Assembly: GCA_040767965.1 (NCBI GenBank)
Contig: JAXGNR010000006.1
Coordinates: forward strand, 96,001-160,000
Direction of reading: 5' to 3'
DNA from: Atribacterota bacterium
GTDB lineage: Bacteria > Atribacterota > Phoenicimicrobiia > Phoenicimicrobiales > Stramentimicrobiaceae
Length of the DNA stretch: 64,000 nucleotides
Position 1 is the first letter of the stretch, and the number at the start of each line of letters is the position of its first letter. Under the pieces are notes generated by a model. It made no database searches and had not been told where the DNA came from. It worked only from the letters and a program-made list of their open reading frames with translations. A program made the translations under genes and the position numbers. Shown one piece after another: positions 58,060-64,000 of the stretch.

Positions 58060-59679
58060 ATGAGCCTATCTTTAATATTCAGTATGATCGGTGGATTAGG
58101 ATTATTTCTATTCGGCATGCGTCATCTTAGTGGAAATCTGCAAAAAATTGCCGGCAATAAAATTCATCAAATCCTGGAAACCCTTTCAAAAAATCCACTG
58201 AAAGGGATTACCACTGGAATGATAATTACTGCTATTTTGCAAAGCAGTGGTGCAGTTAGTGTTATTACAATCGGTTTTGTTAATGCTGGTTTATTAACAT
58301 TAAAACAGGCTATAAGTATAGTCTATGGCGCTAATATCGGCACAACTATCACAGCTCAAATAATCTCCTTTGATATCAGCAAATTTGTTTTACCCATAAT
58401 CGGAATAGGATTTTTTACTACTGTTATTGCTAAAAAAAAGTTTTATCAATATTTTGGAGGCATCTTGATAGGTTTTGGCATATTGTTTTTAGGGCTTTCT
58501 TTAATGTCGCAGACTTTAAGCCCATTAAGGAATTACCCTCCTTTTGTCAATCTATTATTAAACGTAGCGGCAAAACCTGTTCTTGGCATTATTTTATCAG
58601 CAGCAATTACTGCTTTTTTGCATAGTAGCAGTACAGTTACAGCTCTTATAATTTCTCTTTCTATTCAAGGCTTAATTGGCCTTGATGCAGCAATGCCTCT
58701 GATTTTAGGTACAAATATTGGCTCTTGCTTTACCGGCCTTCTGGCAAGCTTTAACAGTACAATAACCGGTAAGAGAGTAGCTATTGGGCATTTAATGTTT
58801 AATGTTACTGGTGTAATTATTTTTTATTTTCTTTTAAAACCTTTCACCAGCCTAATTCTTTTGACTTCAGACACGATTCCCAGACAGATTGCCAATGCAC
58901 ACACTCTTTTTAACATAATCAATTCTATTATCTTGCTTCCATTTATCCCTTATGTTATAAAAACCCTCACCCGTATATTGCCTGGTGAAGATAAAATAAT
59001 TAAAAAAGGAACTTTATACCTGGATAAAAATTTAATCAATACCCCTTCGCTTGCAATAGGGCAAGTTACAAAAGAACTTATTCGCATGGGAGAAATAGGT
59101 ATTGATATGCTGGATAACAGTTTGTCAGCACTTTTGCAAAACAACGAGAGGCTTGTGCAGGATGTCTACTTGAAAGAAGAAGTTTTAAACACTGTTAATA
59201 GTGAAATAACAAAATATCTGGTTTTGGTATTTCAAAAAGAATTAAGCCCTAAACAATCGAAAGAACTTACAGATCTTATGAATATATCTGCCCATTTTGA
59301 AAGAGTGGGTGATCATATCGAAAACATCGCTGACTTAGCTGAAATAAAAATCAATGATAAGCTACCTTTCAGCCAAAAGGCCGAAAGAGATCTTGAATAT
59401 ATTTTTTCTAAAGTCAAAAAATCCCTGCAATATGTTATCAGATCATTAAAAGAACATAATAAAGAACTGGCAATACTGGTCACAAAGAGAGAAGATGATA
59501 TTGATAAATTGGAAGAAGGATTACGCGATGAACACATTGACCGACTTACCAAACAGATTTGCAATCCTGAAGCTGGTGTAATATATATTGATATACTGAG
59601 TAATCTTGAGAGAATTGCGGACCATGCATATGATATAAGCTTAATGGTTATAGATGAATTGACAAAGCGTTCTGAATAG
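58060..59679 (+). CDS. Na+/Pi cotransporter family protein with PhoU domains
   Basis: GGLGLFLFGM, QSSG, GANIGTT, HSSS, QIANAH and ERVGDH/ERIADH motifs. Confidence 0.92.
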   Translation: MSLSLIFSMIGGLGLFLFGMRHLSGNLQKIAGNKIHQILETLSKNPLKGITTGMIITAILQSSGAVSVITIGFVNAGLLTLKQAISIVYGANIGTTITAQIISFDISKFVLPIIGIGFFTTVIAKKKFYQYFGGILIGFGILFLGLSLMSQTLSPLRNYPPFVNLLLNVAAKPVLGIILSAAITAFLHSSSTVTALIISLSIQGLIGLDAAMPLILGTNIGSCFTGLLASFNSTITGKRVAIGHLMFNVTGVIIFYFLLKPFTSLILLTSDTIPRQIANAHTLFNIINSIILLPFIPYVIKTLTRILPGEDKIIKKGTLYLDKNLINTPSLAIGQVTKELIRMGEIGIDMLDNSLSALLQNNERLVQDVYLKEEVLNTVNSEITKYLVLVFQKELSPKQSKELTDLMNISAHFERVGDHIENIADLAEIKINDKLPFSQKAERDLEYIFSKVKKSLQYVIRSLKEHNKELAILVTKREDDIDKLEEGLRDEHIDRLTKQICNPEAGVIYIDILSNLERIADHAYDISLMVIDELTKRSE

Positions 59680-59714
59680 ATGCAGTAAATTAATTTTATT
59701 TTTACTTTCATTTA

Positions 59715-60608
59715 TCACTTGCTAATATCTGTACTTTCCCAATACATTTTATTTTCTATAAATTTAAAATCAAGCAACTGGTTCTCATTTAAATAACTTA
59801 TATGGGCAGATATACTGGTATTGATCAAAACATATTGTATGGCTGATAACTGTAAACGAAAATCTTCAACCAAGTTTGCAATTATATCTTCCCTGGTTGC
59901 AGGTTTACTGCAATATTTTAATATTTTTTGATTGATTTCTTTTATTTGCCCTCTATTTACATCGATTAGATTATTCAAATTGTCTGTTGGCTCAGCATGT
60001 GAAGGAATAAATAATTGCGCTTTTTCTTTTTCCAAAAAAGTATAGGTTTTTAAACTTTTTTCAATATTAGTTCTAAAAGTTATCTTGTATTTACCAATAA
60101 TTTCCTCTGAAAAAAGACTGTCAGCAATAAAAAATATATTGTCTGGTGTTTTTAGACCAATCATCTGTAAGAAATGCCCTTCTAAGGGAAAGCTCTTTAA
60201 AGGTGTACCTATAATTAATCCTTCTGGTTTAATAATTTTAGTAACATGAGATGGCTCGGCTTGTAAGAATTTGTTTTTTAAAGCTGGAAAAGGATATGCC
60301 CCCCATAACAGCAAAGGTTCTAAATAAGTAAACTGTATCCAATTAGCTTCTACAGAAGTAGCAAATATATCACACCCGGTCTTTTTTTGTAGATAAGCAT
60401 TTCCTCCTATATGATCAGCATTGGAATGGGTGTTTATTATCTTAGATAATTTCCAGCTTTTCCCTTCAATTATTTTTAATATCTTTCTACCGGCAGAGCT
60501 ATCGCTGCCACTGTCAATTAAAATAGCTTCATCTTTATCCACATATATTCCTATGTTGGTATGTCCAGACAGATAATAGCTGTTTTTGGCAATCTGTTTT
60601 ATCTCCAT
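59715..60608 (-). CDS. Metallo-beta-lactamase-fold hydrolase
   Basis: THSNADHIGG, GH and PSH motifs. Confidence 0.88.
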   Translation of the reverse strand: MEIKQIAKNSYYLSGHTNIGIYVDKDEAILIDSGSDSSAGRKILKIIEGKSWKLSKIINTHSNADHIGGNAYLQKKTGCDIFATSVEANWIQFTYLEPLLLWGAYPFPALKNKFLQAEPSHVTKIIKPEGLIIGTPLKSFPLEGHFLQMIGLKTPDNIFFIADSLFSEEIIGKYKITFRTNIEKSLKTYTFLEKEKAQLFIPSHAEPTDNLNNLIDVNRGQIKEINQKILKYCSKPATREDIIANLVEDFRLQLSAIQYVLINTSISAHISYLNENQLLDFKFIENKMYWESTDISK

Positions 60609-60849
60609 TAAAATCCTTCCTTTTTAACCCTGAAGTGGTGTTTAAATAAATATTAGTTTATAATCTACAGCTTGTACAGTTTTGCTTTAAAAATTTAATT
60701 CATTCTTATTTTGTAAGTTTTGCAAATATTTTAATAAAAATAAAGTAAATTAATATAATTGTATTTTTATAACCCTTAGTGGAAAGAATTTTAAACAAAC
60801 TTGACTAATCTGGTATTATAAAAATGAATTAATCTAATTGAGGTTTATT

Positions 60850-61719
60850 ATGAATAAATTATCTAAACGCTTATTTTTTAGTCTTGCTGCAACTTTTTCT
60901 TTATCTCTTTCGATCTTATTTAAAAAAATGGCTTTATTGGCCGATGTTCAACCTTTGGAATTATTATTACAATTCACAATTATAACTGCCCTTCTTTTAT
61001 CTATTAATCTGCTTTTTATTCAAAAAAAGGATGTAACAAAATTAAATAAAATCAAAATTTTTCAATGGATTTCTTTATTTCTTGCCGGCTCATCTTTGTT
61101 AGCAGCGTTTTTATTTACAACTTTTGGTTTAAATTTTACTACCTCAATTAATTACAGTTTTATTACTAGAAGTAATTTGATTTTTACCAGTATTTTTGCC
61201 TTTTTTTTCTTAAAAGAAAAAATGGGTTTTAAAAAAATACTATTGATAATTAGCTTCTTTGTTGGTATTTATCTTGTTACTACCAAAGGAAAAACTATTA
61301 TTCCTCAATTTGGTGACTTATTAATACTAATTGGTGCAACCTTCTTTTCTTCATGTTCTGTAATTCAGAAAAAAATTAGCTTTTCTCTTCCTCCAGAGGT
61401 GATCAGCTGGGGCGTAACTTTGTCTGCCGCAATGCTGGCAATTTTAGTTGCAATCTTGTTAAAAATAAACTTGTTTCCTTCCAATAGCTTTATTTTCATA
61501 TTTCTTGTGGGTTTAGCAGAAGCCTCGATTATTTTTTTCATGAATAAAACCATCCAAATAGCTAATGTAACATATTATGCCATGATGACTATGCTTGTTC
61601 CTATAATCAATGGAATTTTAGGTATCTTTTTCTTAAATGAACAATTAACAACTATTCAAATTATTGGTGGTACTATTATAATTCTATGTGGAATATTTGT
61701 ACAGAAACTAAAATATTAA
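60850..61719 (+). CDS. DMT/EamA-family transporter
   Basis: About 10 TM helices in two repeats ending FFLKEK and FFLNEQ; GAGG before ATG 60850. Confidence 0.85.
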   Translation: MNKLSKRLFFSLAATFSLSLSILFKKMALLADVQPLELLLQFTIITALLLSINLLFIQKKDVTKLNKIKIFQWISLFLAGSSLLAAFLFTTFGLNFTTSINYSFITRSNLIFTSIFAFFFLKEKMGFKKILLIISFFVGIYLVTTKGKTIIPQFGDLLILIGATFFSSCSVIQKKISFSLPPEVISWGVTLSAAMLAILVAILLKINLFPSNSFIFIFLVGLAEASIIFFMNKTIQIANVTYYAMMTMLVPIINGILGIFFLNEQLTTIQIIGGTIIILCGIFVQKLKY

Positions 61720-61734
61720 ACACCTTTTTGCTTT

Positions 61735-62196
61735 TTATTTTTTGTTCCCTCTTAAATCAATTTTTAACTGTTCCAGGTAAAAATCTAATATTAATTTATA
61801 AGCAATCTTGGGATCATCAATACCGTTAGTTAATTTTTCCATTGGGCATTTATCACTGTTATCTCTATTTTTTATATATGGCACACATTTATTGTAGTTA
61901 CATTCAATATTATGGGATAGCAAAAGATCTTTGGCTCTTTCGCTAATGACACCAGCATAAATCGCTTTAATTTGGTTATCAAATGCCAGTAAAGCCGCAG
62001 CATTACCTATTACTTTATCCGCAATAACTGCTCCTTTCATTAAACCTTGATTATCACGAATCATTTCCATGAAAGGAATAACTCCCCTTTTAAATGATTT
62101 TTTTATAATTTCACCATTTTTAATTAGAACAAACGAATAACCATTTTTTAATAAAGCGGTTTTTGCTTTCTCTAAATCATTTATATAGTCTTCCAT
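61735..62196 (-). CDS. DUF1893 (TM1506-like) protein
   Basis: ADKVIGNAAA, VISE and IKNR...CPME motifs. Confidence 0.85.
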   Translation of the reverse strand: MEDYINDLEKAKTALLKNGYSFVLIKNGEIIKKSFKRGVIPFMEMIRDNQGLMKGAVIADKVIGNAAALLAFDNQIKAIYAGVISERAKDLLLSHNIECNYNKCVPYIKNRDNSDKCPMEKLTNGIDDPKIAYKLILDFYLEQLKIDLRGNKK

Positions 62197-62594
62197 GTCA
62201 CCTTAATATCCTTTTTATATATACTTTTCTATTAAAACAGTTCAATTTACTATTAATAATGCTAATAAGCAATATTTTATTCTTTTATTTAGTTTAATTA
62301 TCAAATAATAATATCCAGTTAAATTTAAAACATTTGGTATAATATCATTTTATTTATATAATATTAAAGGTGTAATTTAAATCAAAGTGCAAGCATGACT
62401 CGAAATTAGTACAAATTATACCTATTATAAATTATTTTATCAAATTAAAATTATCATTTAATTCTCTCAACTTTAGTTAAAACAATAAATAATCATATGC
62501 TATAATTATTGAGAAAATTTATAAAACAGTTGTTTTATATTATTAGTTTTAATTGATTCTGCATAAACTTTGAGAAAGCAAATAGGTGACATTC

Positions 62595-64000
62595 TTGGCA
62601 AAAGTTAAAAGAAAAAATAAATTTATCTTTGTTTTATCTATTACAGCAATTATTTTAATTGTATCAGCTTTAAGCACTTTTTTAATTTACATAAACAGCA
62701 GTGCTTTTCGTGAAAATGCTAAAAATATCATTACAGCACAGATTGAAAATAGTTTTGGTAATAAAATTGAAATTGGCGCTATTGAGTATATTTCCTTTAG
62801 AACAATCAGATTAAATGACTTTAAAATATTTGAAGAGGATGCTACAGAAAAAGAATCTATTTTATTCCAGGCCAGAAATGTAAAAGCTGAATTCACTTTA
62901 TTATTGCCAATTTTAAGGTGGCAGGGATGGCAACTTTCTATTAAAAATATTACTTTTGATAATGCAACTACTACCTTCACCCGATTATTGAATGGTGATT
63001 TTGATATAGTAGAAAAGTTACATATAAATCCAGAACTGCTTCAAGAAAATATTCAGATTGGCAGAATATATTTTCAGGATAGCAAATTAACATATCATGA
63101 TGAATTAATTTACAATTACAAATCAGACTATCTAACTACAAAAGCTGAAAAGATTAATGGTTATTTTGATTTATCACAACTACCAAAAATAAACATAGAA
63201 TTTGCAGGGTACCAGGAAGAAGATAATGCTTATTTGTCTTTACAGGGATATTTTTCAGTACTGCAACCCGAATATTCTTTAGACTTTTATCTGGAAAATG
63301 CAGAAATAACTCATTTCCAATATTATCTTGAAATAGCAGAGATCTTCAATGTTAACAGAGGTAAGTTCAATATAAATTTTAATTTAAGCAATCTTGAAAG
63401 TGATCCTTCTGCAGAGATTGACTGGAAAGGAGAGGCAACATTTCAGGAGGCTGAATTGAGTCCACATTTTATGCATCAAATTCCTTTTCAAAAAGTTAAC
63501 GGTTCCATCAGATTTGTAAAACCTCAAATTAATATCGACAGATTAGATGGCTTATATCGTGATGAGAGCATCCAGCTAACAGGTTTTGTTCTTACAGAAC
63601 CAGAAGTATTTTTTGACCTTCGTGTTGACGGTAAGGAAATTGATGCTACTTTATTAAAAAATGATTTAACTCCATTCTTGCCTGAGTATAACGATTTTTC
63701 ATTGAAAGGAAAAATAGATATATCAGCTAACTTAAAGGGAAATCCTGAAGATTTCCAGATAAAAGGACAGGCAAACTCGGATGATATTATTTTTGAAAAA
63801 ATCCTTCTCCCAAATATTGATTGTTCTTTTTTATTACACCAGGATAAATTGCTTATAGATTATCTAAAAATTACCGAAAAAGAATCCTCATTAACCCTAG
63901 AAGGTGAAATTAATGAACTTAATAGTATTCCCTTATATGAACTATCTTTAAATACAAAGAATTTTTCTTTGCAAAATTCAATCTTCAGCCAATTATCTTT
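62595..64000 (+). CDS. Partial AsmA/TamB-like envelope protein (N-terminal anchor plus beta-rich repeats); runs off the window
   Basis: Not in the ORF track because it has no stop in the window. AGGTG SD, TTG start, MAKVKRKNKFIFVLSITAIILIVSAL..., then an amphipathic helix and alternating beta-strand pattern. Confidence 0.65.
   Translation, partial: MAKVKRKNKFIFVLSITAIILIVSALSTFLIYINSSAFRENAKNIITAQIENSFGNKIEIGAIEYISFRTIRLNDFKIFEEDATEKESILFQARNVKAEFTLLLPILRWQGWQLSIKNITFDNATTTFTRLLNGDFDIVEKLHINPELLQENIQIGRIYFQDSKLTYHDELIYNYKSDYLTTKAEKINGYFDLSQLPKINIEFAGYQEEDNAYLSLQGYFSVLQPEYSLDFYLENAEITHFQYYLEIAEIFNVNRGKFNINFNLSNLESDPSAEIDWKGEATFQEAELSPHFMHQIPFQKVNGSIRFVKPQINIDRLDGLYRDESIQLTGFVLTEPEVFFDLRVDGKEIDATLLKNDLTPFLPEYNDFSLKGKIDISANLKGNPEDFQIKGQANSDDIIFEKILLPNIDCSFLLHQDKLLIDYLKITEKESSLTLEGEINELNSIPLYELSLNTKNFSLQNSIFSQLS

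Noticed and set aside
43264-62980. Remaining short ORFs, including 59313-59711 and 62687-62980
   Set aside because: Antisense to, or nested in, stronger genes (ABC SBP, aminotransferase, fak, glnA, protease, Na/Pi transporter, TamB-like).
1-64000. CRISPR arrays, tRNA/rRNA, IS elements, prophage or defence genes
   Set aside because: No repeat-spacer arrays, cloverleafs, transposase or integrase motifs were seen by eye; nearly all sequence is explained by metabolic genes.

Overview
AT-rich bacterial chromosomal segment (hand-counted coding lines about 30% GC) from an anaerobic heterotroph. The mix of T-box leaders, a lysine riboswitch, TRAP/TTT transporters, AOR, GTP-PEPCK and a TamB/AsmA-like gene suggests a diderm such as Atribacterota; this is inference. 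No rRNA, tRNA, CRISPR, IS or phage genes were seen. Left to right: a frameshifted feoB with feoA and fur; a second Fur heading a DUF5320-NifX-NifX-Mrp-DUF89 cluster, with a Fur box before each fur; a lysine riboswitch over a NhaC-family transporter followed by a COG2403 (ArcE/cDPGS-like) NTPase; a putative sugar-acid catabolic operon; pckG, htpX and tctCBA; a Thr T-box-led operon with an unusual ThrB-aspartokinase fusion; AOR plus a TRAP/DapA-like/SDR/ThDP catabolic cluster; a T-box-led amino acid ABC transporter; and housekeeping genes (FakAB fusion, glnA, an orphan sigma factor, a Deg protease, a Na/Pi transporter). The most notable observations are the ThrB-Ask fusion with an internal beta-subunit start, the stripped-down Thr T-box, the lysine riboswitch/ArcE-like pairing, and two GC-rich genes (garR-like and aor) whose composition shift follows the gene boundaries.
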